Shown: piece by piece, positions 39,453 to 48,143 of the stretch
Numbering within the stretch: the first letter of the stretch is position 1
How the letters are laid out: every line of letters begins with the position of its first letter
Virus record (IMG/VR): IMGVR_UViG_3300025400_000011
Coordinates: 1 to 64,000 of that record
Direction: 5' to 3' (one strand)
Source: a virus
Length of the DNA stretch: 64,000 nt
Program-made: the position numbers and the translations under genes
The notes under the pieces: model-generated
Database searches by the model: none
The model's input: only the letters and a program-made list of their open reading frames with translations
What the model was told of the DNA's origin: nothing

Positions 39453-39461
39453 ATATAGAAT

Positions 39462-40493
39462 ATGGCTACTCCATTTACATATAGTATACAAGGTGTTTCT
39501 GGTTTTTCTGGTACTCAAGGTGCAACCGGTACGTCGGGATATTCTGGTTTTAGCGGACCTCAAGGGCCACAAGGATTTAGTGGAGCTGCAGGTACTTCTG
39601 GTTATAGTGGTATATCTGGTGCACAAGGTGCACAAGGAACTAATGGAACGATTGGGCAGAACGGTGCACAAGGTGCACAAGGCGCAACAGGTGCTCAAGG
39701 TGCAGCAGGTACGTCAGGATATTCTGGTTTTAGTGGAGCTAAAGGATCTACTGGAGCTCAAGGATCTACTGGTGCTCAAGGCTCAACAGGTGCTCAAGGC
39801 TCAACAGGTGCTCAAGGCACTTCAGGCGCTCAAGGCGCAACCGGTACTTCTGGTTTTTCAGGCCAGCTTGGCGCTAACACTACTGTGTATGTACAAAGTG
39901 GTTCAGTAAGTGGTGTACCTACAGCCGCGGGTAATGGTAATCTTTGGTGGAACACAGATACTGGTGCCTTAAACATTTGGATATCGTCTTCTAGTTCTTG
40001 GGTAGTTGCAGTGCCATATGTTGATCCTTCTACTATATTTAAAACTTCTGGTGGTAACATAACTGGTAACGTTGGTATATCTGGAGCGTTAAACGTAACA
40101 GGTGCTATTACAGCTACTAGTAGTATTACTGCTAATTATTCTGATAAACGACTTAAAGATATTAAAGGCAATATTTTAAATGCGTTGTCAAAAGTTTTAT
40201 TACTTAATGGTGTGAACTACACTGCTAATGAAACTGCTCAACGTTACGGTTATTCATCTGAAACTCCTGAAGTAGGTTTAATAGCTCAGGAAGTACAGGT
40301 AGTTTTACCTGAAGTTATTAAGTTAGCACCGTTCGATACTGTAACCAATGAAGATGGTTCAACATATTCTAAGAGCGGTGAAAACTATATAACTATACAA
40401 TATGAAAGAATGATTCCTTTACTTGTTGAGGCCATAAAAGAACAGCAAGCTCAGATAGAGGAACTTAAAGCACTCATTAAAGCAAAGGCCTAA
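39462..40493 (+). CDS. Short collagen-like fibre with S74 chaperone
   Basis: GAQ/GST triplets, GNLWWNTDTG motif and YSDKRLK...GLIAQEVQ.VLPEV...YERMIPLLVEAIKE. Confidence 0.85.
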   Translation: MATPFTYSIQGVSGFSGTQGATGTSGYSGFSGPQGPQGFSGAAGTSGYSGISGAQGAQGTNGTIGQNGAQGAQGATGAQGAAGTSGYSGFSGAKGSTGAQGSTGAQGSTGAQGSTGAQGTSGAQGATGTSGFSGQLGANTTVYVQSGSVSGVPTAAGNGNLWWNTDTGALNIWISSSSSWVVAVPYVDPSTIFKTSGGNITGNVGISGALNVTGAITATSSITANYSDKRLKDIKGNILNALSKVLLLNGVNYTANETAQRYGYSSETPEVGLIAQEVQVVLPEVIKLAPFDTVTNEDGSTYSKSGENYITIQYERMIPLLVEAIKEQQAQIEELKALIKAKA

Positions 40494-40496
40494 AGT

Positions 40497-41558
40497 ATGG
40501 CAAACCAGCTAAGTTTTCCAACTTCACCTTCAAGTGCACAAAGGTACATTTCTCCTATAGGGTGGGTGTACACTTATGACGGTTATACCTGGAATACAAC
40601 AGGTAGGTTAGGTATGGCTGGGTTTACAGCTGAAAACTCATTTTTATATCGTACCGTGTATACTCGTGGTTATGTACATTGCGGTTATCAAGGTGGTAGT
40701 CCTTGGCGTAATACTAATAGAACTATACATTTAACCGATACAACCACTAACTTAGGTGATATGATGGATAATGGTGCATCATACATTGACGGTGGGTTTA
40801 GTGATTATAACACGTATGTGTTTAATGACTCTGGTGCAGTTAATGGTACTTCTTCTTACACGTCATCAATGAGTATGACGACTGAATCTTTAAGAACTCA
40901 TAATAGTAATAGAGATTTAAAACAGTCTCGTGCAAACTGTAAAGCGTTAATGAACGCAGGACTCACTTCAATATATATTACTGGTGGTAACTCTTCTAAT
41001 ACAGATAAATTTTGCACTATTACAGATACAATGTTGTCATTAAGTCTTATTAGCGGTGGTAACTCAGGTCAAACAGCAGGTGGTCTTAGCGGTTTTTGGG
41101 GTCAGTACTATGGCTGGGTTAGTAGCGATAACTCTGGCACTAGTTGTTTTGCTTGGAGTACTGAAACTTATATAACAGTCATCAACTACAGTTTAGATAC
41201 AGACGGTCAACCGAAAGGTTTATCTAGTAAATGGGGATTTGGATACAACTCAACCGGTTCATATGCTGGTTCGTCAACATTATATAAGTTTAACGATACT
41301 AACGGTACTTCAGTATCAAGTTTTAGTCGTCCTGAATCTTGCGGAGAAGAAAATATGCAAGTAGGGCAAGATTGGGGATATGCCCTTGGTTCCTATAACG
41401 GTGGTAACCAAACAAATAACACTCAAAAGATATACTACACCACAGATACCTGTTCAGGTATGGGTTCCACTACTCAACCTAAAGGCCACGGTGGAATGTC
41501 ATCCGGTAGTTGCGGTTCTGGTAGTGTAACTTTATTAGGTGGTTCATTAGGTGGTTAA
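40497..41558 (+). CDS. Kelch-like beta-propeller protein, paralogue A
   Basis: Short N-terminal FPTSP..Y.YDG..W tether, then repeats of about 45 aa (GY.HCGY, IYITGG...TDK...TDT, GY.LG.Y...TQKI.Y.TDT). Confidence 0.55.
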   Translation: MANQLSFPTSPSSAQRYISPIGWVYTYDGYTWNTTGRLGMAGFTAENSFLYRTVYTRGYVHCGYQGGSPWRNTNRTIHLTDTTTNLGDMMDNGASYIDGGFSDYNTYVFNDSGAVNGTSSYTSSMSMTTESLRTHNSNRDLKQSRANCKALMNAGLTSIYITGGNSSNTDKFCTITDTMLSLSLISGGNSGQTAGGLSGFWGQYYGWVSSDNSGTSCFAWSTETYITVINYSLDTDGQPKGLSSKWGFGYNSTGSYAGSSTLYKFNDTNGTSVSSFSRPESCGEENMQVGQDWGYALGSYNGGNQTNNTQKIYYTTDTCSGMGSTTQPKGHGGMSSGSCGSGSVTLLGGSLGG

Positions 41559-41570
41559 ATAAATATTTTT

Positions 41571-42641
41571 ATGCCTTTAAGTTTTCCATCAACACATCCA
41601 GCAGGTACAATATACGAAGGGTTTGCCAATGGCTATCTTTATGTTTTTGATGGCTACGAATGGGTAATGACTCCAAACACGTTTACCAATGCTATATCAG
41701 CCTGGTTTACCAGCTTTTTATACCGTACACTTTACACTCGTGGGTATATGCACTGTGGATATCAAAATAGTTCACTTTGGAGAAACACTAACAGGACTGT
41801 ACATAGTACTGACGTTACCACCAATCTCGGTGATATGATGGATAACGTTGCAAACTATATGGATTGTGGGTTTAGTGATTATCATTCTTATGTGTTTAAC
41901 GATAGCGGTTCATTTCAAGGTAGTTCAACTACTGTTTCTAGAATGAATATGACTACAGAGTCGTTAATAGGATATACAGGTAATGCAAATATGACTGTAA
42001 GCAGGACAGATTGTAAAACGCTTATGAGCCCTACATTAACCTACATATATATTACCGGTGGTGGTAACTCTAGCACTGATAAACTTAATACCGTATCAGA
42101 TACAACTCTTAACTCCGGTAATGTTGGCGGATCAAGTTGTTCTGGTGGTACTGCAGGCGGTCTTAGCGGGTTCTTCGGTCAGTTTTACGGTACAGTTGGA
42201 GCAAACAGTTCATCAGCTTCTTTAAACTTTTCAAATGAAACCTGGACTACTGGTACCTGGTCTTTTGCTTCTAGTACTGACGGACAACCGAAAGGTCTAT
42301 CAAGTAAAGTAGGTTACGGGTATAACTCTTCAGGTACGTATAATGGTAGTTCAACATATTACAAATTTAACGATACAACAAGATCTCAAATCTCCTCATT
42401 CAGCCGTCCAGAATCTTGCGGGGAAGAAAACTGTGAAATAGGACAAGACTGGGGCTATACGTTAGGTTCTTATAACGGTAGTGGACAAACTAATAACTCT
42501 ACTAAAACATATTATACAACAGATTCTTGTGTATCAATGGGTTCCACTACTCAACCTAAAGGACACGGAGGTGCTTCTTCTGGCGGTTGCGGTACAGGTA
42601 GTTGTTCTTTATTAGGTGGACTTCCAGGCACATCAATGTAA
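41571..42641 (+). CDS. Kelch-like beta-propeller protein, paralogue B
   Basis: Colinear with paralogue A: FLYRT.YTRGY.HCGYQ, TTNLGDMMDN, TDGQPKGLSSK, RPESCGEEN and TTQPKGHGG are all shared. Confidence 0.55.
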   Translation: MPLSFPSTHPAGTIYEGFANGYLYVFDGYEWVMTPNTFTNAISAWFTSFLYRTLYTRGYMHCGYQNSSLWRNTNRTVHSTDVTTNLGDMMDNVANYMDCGFSDYHSYVFNDSGSFQGSSTTVSRMNMTTESLIGYTGNANMTVSRTDCKTLMSPTLTYIYITGGGNSSTDKLNTVSDTTLNSGNVGGSSCSGGTAGGLSGFFGQFYGTVGANSSSASLNFSNETWTTGTWSFASSTDGQPKGLSSKVGYGYNSSGTYNGSSTYYKFNDTTRSQISSFSRPESCGEENCEIGQDWGYTLGSYNGSGQTNNSTKTYYTTDSCVSMGSTTQPKGHGGASSGGCGTGSCSLLGGLPGTSM

Positions 42642-42654
42642 CTATTTAACGAAT

Positions 42655-43287
42655 ATGAATTATTATCTTACTAAATTTTTCCGATACATACCTAATATTG
42701 ATGGTATGACCGTTATAACAGGTATTGATAATTTTAATATTGTCAGCCTTGCAACCGATACTGCTATTGCAACATTAAGTGCTTACGAAGCACATCCTTT
42801 TGAAGGCATACCAAAGACAATACCTATGGTAGAGTTGACTGAAGTTGAAGCACTGTCTGCTCATAAGTTTTATGCTGAAACTCGTGGTTACCGTAAAGCA
42901 TATTCCGATCTAGAAGGATTAGAACCGGATGCTGATGAGTTAGCAAAAGGTAGCAGAAAAACAAAAATTTACTTGACTGATGATATGACAGCAGCTACTA
43001 TATCACTAATGAAGAAAGCTCATAAGTTACACATTGATCAAGAAATGGAAGATAGACGTTTAGGTTTACCTAATCTTGATAGCACTGAAAGACCTGCTTA
43101 TAACGCAGATAAACACGCCGAATTGTTAACACAGGCAGATAGTTTATCTTCTATTGATGATCACGTTGAAGCACGAGAAACGGTACTTGGTCACGAAATG
43201 ACAAAGGATCTTGCTAGTAGAAAAGGACTTTGGGATGATACTAGAAACGCTAGAAAAGAAAAAGTAAAATTTGGATACCAATTCTAA
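42655..43287 (+). CDS. Hypothetical protein (start likely ATG 42655)
   Basis: First ATG after the upstream stop at 42641. Mostly helical C-terminal half. Confidence 0.65.
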   Translation: MNYYLTKFFRYIPNIDGMTVITGIDNFNIVSLATDTAIATLSAYEAHPFEGIPKTIPMVELTEVEALSAHKFYAETRGYRKAYSDLEGLEPDADELAKGSRKTKIYLTDDMTAATISLMKKAHKLHIDQEMEDRRLGLPNLDSTERPAYNADKHAELLTQADSLSSIDDHVEARETVLGHEMTKDLASRKGLWDDTRNARKEKVKFGYQF

Positions 43288-43288
43288 T

Positions 43289-43999
43289 ATGGAAAACGAA
43301 GATATTATTAAATTTGTCGATGAAAACGAAAACTCTATCGGTATGTCCGATTTTCAGGCTCGTTATTTTGTTGTAAATTCTCAGGTAACAGATTACCGCA
43401 GAGTGCGTCAAGCTTTATTAGAGATTGACAATCGTAACGGTATGTTAAAACAGGTTCAACGTCAGCGTAAAAAGCGTATTATCGAAAAACAAATAATACA
43501 AAGAGATATCGATAATGAGTTTGATGATCTTAAAAAACAAATATTACAGGTAGACTTAGAGCAAGCAGTTTGGGACATTCATATGTATGACAAGAAAGAG
43601 AAAATGTGTCAAAATGAAATTGATATGTTTTCTGATATGGTAAGATCAATGTGTCCAGATATGCAGAGTTTAGAGAAATATAAAGACAACAATGAAGAGC
43701 TAGAACGCGAGTACTGGATTACAAGAATGGCTAAACAGGCTGCAATGGACTTAAATACTATCGGTCGTATCGGTCAAGGTAACTTAGATTCGATTTTAAT
43801 GATGCCTTTAACAGATGTTAAAGAAACACTTCAGTTAGCTATTAAATACAACGGCGTGTTAGGTAAAGGTATCGATGCTATTGGTCAAGCAACAATGAAG
43901 CAGTTAATAGGTTCAAAAGGAACCGATTTAGCTTATATTGATGATGTTGCTAAAGATCAGTTAAAGATCGAAGCCAAGACCAAGAGTGAAGATATTTAG
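43289..43999 (+). CDS. Coiled-coil hypothetical protein (start likely ATG 43289)
   Basis: TAA-T-ATG coupling. QVTDYRRVRQALLEI, heptad-rich middle and EREYWITRMAKQAAMDL. Confidence 0.65.
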   Translation: MENEDIIKFVDENENSIGMSDFQARYFVVNSQVTDYRRVRQALLEIDNRNGMLKQVQRQRKKRIIEKQIIQRDIDNEFDDLKKQILQVDLEQAVWDIHMYDKKEKMCQNEIDMFSDMVRSMCPDMQSLEKYKDNNEELEREYWITRMAKQAAMDLNTIGRIGQGNLDSILMMPLTDVKETLQLAIKYNGVLGKGIDAIGQATMKQLIGSKGTDLAYIDDVAKDQLKIEAKTKSEDI

Positions 44000-45620
44000 T
44001 ATACCTCTTAACCCTAAGCTTACAGAACAACAGTTCTACACGTTTTTAGAGTTCTGTAAAGAGTATAAAGATTATATATACGACATATATTTTACTTGTC
44101 GTATTGATCCTTTCTTGCAAGATGCAATGGGTGATGTGTTTGTACAAAAAGATGCACATCAGTTTGCTATTGAAACAGCTTTATATGTACAAAAAGAAAC
44201 AGGTATAACTGTATCTGCTACGTTTAATAATATATCAGTACGAGCTAGTCAAAAGAACTTAGAGACTTGGATAAAAAACTTTAAACCTTTATATGATGCT
44301 GGTATAAGGTCTTGTACCCTACCCCATACACACTGGATGTTAACTAAACAGGTTAAACATAACTTTCCAGAACTATTTGTTAAGAACACTATTTTAAGAG
44401 CGGTTAAAGAACCAAGAGAAGTAGCAGCTTTAGCACAGGCTGGTTTTAACTATGTTAATCTTGATCGAGTACTCATGAGAGATCATGATAGACTTAGAGA
44501 GATAAAAAGAGTTAAAGACAAATACGATATCAAGCTATCTTTATTAGCTAATGAAGGTTGTGTAGGCGGGTGCCCTGTAATGGATGAGCATTACCACTTT
44601 AATAATACTAGAACAACAGGCAATCAGTACTTTACAGATCCTATTAGTAGAGTTAGTTGCCCTAAATGGCAGACTCAAGATTCAGCTGTACAGTTAACTA
44701 ATGCTAACTTTCCACCTTGGAGAGAAGATTGGTTAGAGTTTTTAGAGCTAGGTATTGATACGATTAAAATGCACGGTAGAGAGAATAGTAACCGTCTTAA
44801 TGAGACAATGGACATTATTCGTAGGTTTGCCAATAAAGAAGAAATACTGTTCAGTGGTTTCGAGCCTTATATAGAAGACACGAACTTAATAGAAAAACCT
44901 ATAAACACTTGGCGTCAAAAGATTAAGACGTGTAAGTTTAACTGTTGGGATTGTGATTACTGTACAAAAGTATGGAGAGCCAAGGGTAATAAAAACAATA
45001 AGAAAGTTGAAAAGGTAGCTCAATTATTAATAGACACTGTTAATCAGCCAATAGGAGATACTGTAGAAGGTATTACTTCAGATAAGATGAAACAGTTGTT
45101 AAACGGTATTGGTAAAATATCGACAGGTTACCTCGAAGTGGGTGTGTTAAACGGTGGCACATTTTGCGCTACCATTAAAGATAATAATCTCAAGGCATAT
45201 GCAGTCGATCATTGGCAAGAACAAACCAAATCTGCTAATGGTAAGGTAGATCTTGAATCCTCGAAAGAAAAATTTATTGAGAATGCTAAAAAGTATAAAG
45301 GTAATAACACTTTAAAGATATTCAATAGCCATTTTTTACAAGTCGAAAAATCTGATATTGGTAATATAGACTTTTTCTTTTATGATGCAGATCATAGCGA
45401 AGAAGCCAACTATCAAGCTATAATGTACTTTGCAGATAAGCTAGTAGATGAAGCTGTTCTTATATTTGACGATGCAAATTTTGATGGGGTAGTTAGCGGT
45501 GCTAAACGCGGTATTGCTGATGCTGGTTTAGAAGTAATATACGATAAGATATTATTAAATGATTTAGAAGATCCTGATATGTGGTGGAATGGTTTTTACC
45601 TGGCTATTGTAAAGAAATAA
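43986..45620 (+). CDS. U32 family (Fe-S hydroxylase-like) domain fused to class I SAM-dependent methyltransferase
   Basis: NLDR.L.RD, LANEGCVGGCP...H...SC, IKMHGRE (U32 KIEGR-like), CKFNCWDCDYC; then YLEVGVLNGGT, AVDHW, FFYDADH and LIFDD (Methyltransf_24-like). Confidence 0.75.
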   Translation: MKIFSIPLNPKLTEQQFYTFLEFCKEYKDYIYDIYFTCRIDPFLQDAMGDVFVQKDAHQFAIETALYVQKETGITVSATFNNISVRASQKNLETWIKNFKPLYDAGIRSCTLPHTHWMLTKQVKHNFPELFVKNTILRAVKEPREVAALAQAGFNYVNLDRVLMRDHDRLREIKRVKDKYDIKLSLLANEGCVGGCPVMDEHYHFNNTRTTGNQYFTDPISRVSCPKWQTQDSAVQLTNANFPPWREDWLEFLELGIDTIKMHGRENSNRLNETMDIIRRFANKEEILFSGFEPYIEDTNLIEKPINTWRQKIKTCKFNCWDCDYCTKVWRAKGNKNNKKVEKVAQLLIDTVNQPIGDTVEGITSDKMKQLLNGIGKISTGYLEVGVLNGGTFCATIKDNNLKAYAVDHWQEQTKSANGKVDLESSKEKFIENAKKYKGNNTLKIFNSHFLQVEKSDIGNIDFFFYDADHSEEANYQAIMYFADKLVDEAVLIFDDANFDGVVSGAKRGIADAGLEVIYDKILLNDLEDPDMWWNGFYLAIVKK

Positions 45621-45634
45621 TATAAAATATAGCT

Positions 45635-46702
45635 ATGAGTGACTTTTTAGACCGTTTTTATCTCGGAGACGAAATCTATCTCTTTGTACTCTTTACTATT
45701 ATGGTAGTAGCGGGTATTGCCAAAGAGCATAACCTGTTTGGATGTACGTACGGATGGTTAAAATTTAAACTTAAAAGTAACAAGTTAGTTATTGCTGTTA
45801 TTAGTCTTATTAGCGGTATATTACCTCTAGAAGGTAGAAGTACAGTTAGTGCAGGTATATTAGATACAGCAACAGCTTCAAAGGAGAAAGATGTAAAAGC
45901 ACGTCAAAAACTTGGACCTATCGACTTCCTTACCACCCATCACTATTATATGTGGTCTCCTATTGAGAAACCAGTAATACTACCAATGGCTGCGTTTGGT
46001 ATTACATATGCAGTATGGTTAAAAATGTTATGGCCGTTGATAGCTGTTAGTGCTGCATTTATTTTTTACTATTTATTCTTTGTTATTAAAGAAGACGAAA
46101 TAGAGATTACACCTCAAGAAAATCTTGGCGCTGGTAATTTTATCAAAAACGTAATACCGTTTATTGCTGCTGTTCTTACGTATATGCTACTTGGAGGAGA
46201 AGGCCCAGAGTTAGTGTTTCCTATCTTCGGTACTCTATTAGCTTATTATCTGTATATTACTAAGACTTATAGCTGGAAAAAGATTAGTAGTTATGTTAAT
46301 TGGACTACAATCACACTGATTGGTGTCATCTTCTTTACATCTGGTTATATGCAAGAGCATAGAGCTTGGATTGAACACGCTGTAAGAAACTGGGGCTTGG
46401 ATCCACATACATTTAGTGGTATGTATATTATTAGTATGTTACTATTTGCTGCTAGCTTTAGTATGGGTAGTGACGGTAAGTTTGCTGCACTAACAGTATT
46501 AGCTACAACAGTATTCGGTAGACAGTATCTACTATGGTTTTTTGCATTAGATTATTGTGGTTATCTTTTAACTCCAATGCACGAATGTGTTATGATTGGT
46601 AAACGTTACTTTGGTACCCCTCTATCCACATATTATAAAGCATTAGGTACCTGGGCATTTTTACTTTTATTAACTGCAGCTATTTTTACTTTTATTAAAT
46701 GA
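45635..46702 (+). CDS. Multi-pass membrane transporter, DUF401/IT-superfamily-like
   Basis: About 9-10 hydrophobic segments. GILPLEG...SA, HH..MWSP....IL and GYLLTPMHEC......YFG match my recollection of DUF401 motifs. Confidence 0.6.
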   Translation: MSDFLDRFYLGDEIYLFVLFTIMVVAGIAKEHNLFGCTYGWLKFKLKSNKLVIAVISLISGILPLEGRSTVSAGILDTATASKEKDVKARQKLGPIDFLTTHHYYMWSPIEKPVILPMAAFGITYAVWLKMLWPLIAVSAAFIFYYLFFVIKEDEIEITPQENLGAGNFIKNVIPFIAAVLTYMLLGGEGPELVFPIFGTLLAYYLYITKTYSWKKISSYVNWTTITLIGVIFFTSGYMQEHRAWIEHAVRNWGLDPHTFSGMYIISMLLFAASFSMGSDGKFAALTVLATTVFGRQYLLWFFALDYCGYLLTPMHECVMIGKRYFGTPLSTYYKALGTWAFLLLLTAAIFTFIK

Positions 46703-46842
46703 AAAACTTATTAACAGCATTCTCACGGTTTTGAAGGTGGATTCGTCTTTACTTTTTAGCTTTGACAAATCCGTTTATTTTTTATTTTAAAACTCATACA
46801 AACTGTAGTATTTTTTACTAAATATTAACAACCAATACTACT

Positions 46843-47868
46843 ATGGCATATTTTAATCCAGCAAACGCTTACTCAGGTTATTCAGGCTACGGTGCACAAG
46901 GCTTCCAAGGAGCTCAGGGCGCTACAGGTGCTCAAGGTGCACAGGGTTTCCAAGGCCCACAAGGCGTTTCTGGTTACTCAGGCTTTACTGGCATAAGTGG
47001 TTATAGCGGTTTTACTGGTATTTCTGGTTACTCCGGCTTCAGCGGTGTTAAAGGTTCAACAGGTCTTTCTGGTACTTCAGGTTACTCAGGCTTTACTGGT
47101 ATTTCAGGCTACTCTGGTTTCTCTGGCCCACAAGGCTTCCAAGGACCTCAAGGTTTTTCAGGTACATCTGGTTACTCAGGCTTTACTGGTATTTCAGGTT
47201 TTAGTGGTCCTGGCGCTAACCAAACATTAAACACAAACAGCACTGTAGTATTCCAAACACTTTCAGCATTTTCAATCAGTGCAGTTAACTTAATCACGTT
47301 AAACGAGTATTTTGCATCTGCATCAAACTTTACTACATATGGTAATACGTTATTAAGTGGTGCTACTACAGTACAAGGTAACATGACTGTAAACGGTGTA
47401 GTCTTAGCTTCAGGTAATCTAGGTGTTGGTACAGCTTCACCAAGTTCCACATTAACAGTTAACGGTACATTATCAGCTGCTGGTGCAGTTGCTGTATCCA
47501 ATAACACATTTACGATTGATAAGACTGGTAACGTAGTAGCTTTAAGCTATAGTTCAACATCTACAAGACTACAAAAGACTAACATCAGAGATTTAGAAGA
47601 TGTTATTCCTGATGCTTTAGGCGTTACTCAAAACCTACACCCAGTTGTATACGATAGTTTAGTTGATGCATCAAGCAAAGACAACATCGGTCTTATTGCT
47701 GAAGACGTGTATTCTTTATTACCAAATGTGGTTAACCAATACACTGATGCTAATGGTGACCAAACATTTGTTGGTATTGATTACAGCCGTCTAACAGCTA
47801 TTCTTATTGATAACATTAAAGTGTTATCAAACAAGATTCAAGAGCTTAGTGCAAAGCTGCCACAATAA
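46843..47868 (+). CDS. Short Gly-X-Y fibre with S74-type chaperone
   Basis: GFQ/GAQ/SGY triplets, NQTLNT, GNLGVGT.SP and TSTRLQKTNI..IGLIAEDV..IDYSRLTAIL. Confidence 0.8.
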   Translation: MAYFNPANAYSGYSGYGAQGFQGAQGATGAQGAQGFQGPQGVSGYSGFTGISGYSGFTGISGYSGFSGVKGSTGLSGTSGYSGFTGISGYSGFSGPQGFQGPQGFSGTSGYSGFTGISGFSGPGANQTLNTNSTVVFQTLSAFSISAVNLITLNEYFASASNFTTYGNTLLSGATTVQGNMTVNGVVLASGNLGVGTASPSSTLTVNGTLSAAGAVAVSNNTFTIDKTGNVVALSYSSTSTRLQKTNIRDLEDVIPDALGVTQNLHPVVYDSLVDASSKDNIGLIAEDVYSLLPNVVNQYTDANGDQTFVGIDYSRLTAILIDNIKVLSNKIQELSAKLPQ

Positions 47869-47881
47869 CGTAAGTTAGAGT

Positions 47882-48115
47882 GTGGCTACACTTAAAACAA
47901 GCGTATTCAATCTTACCGAAACTCTAATAAACACTATTAGAGTGTATCGACAACAAGGAGCGGTGCTTGCTTCTGAGAGTAGGCAAGTTGCACGTATGGA
48001 TTCTTGTTCAAACTGTGAAAAGCTATCTGAAAAAGGCATATGTAATGTATGTGCTTGTTATATGAACTTAAAGGTTCGTCTTGAAGCAGCTAAATGCCCA
48101 CTTGGGAAATGGTAA
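47882..48115 (+). CDS. Small Cys-rich protein (DUF6171-like)
   Basis: R...CSNC......CNVCAC....K......CPLGKW. GTG start with TAAGTT 5 nt upstream. Confidence 0.6.
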   Translation: MATLKTSVFNLTETLINTIRVYRQQGAVLASESRQVARMDSCSNCEKLSEKGICNVCACYMNLKVRLEAAKCPLGKW

Positions 48116-48143
48116 AAACGTATTTCTGCTGTAAGTAATAATA

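Noticed and set aside
40497-42641. Diversity-generating retroelement template/variable repeat pair
   Set aside because: Similarity spans two whole genes, differences are not adenine-specific, and no reverse transcriptase is in the window.
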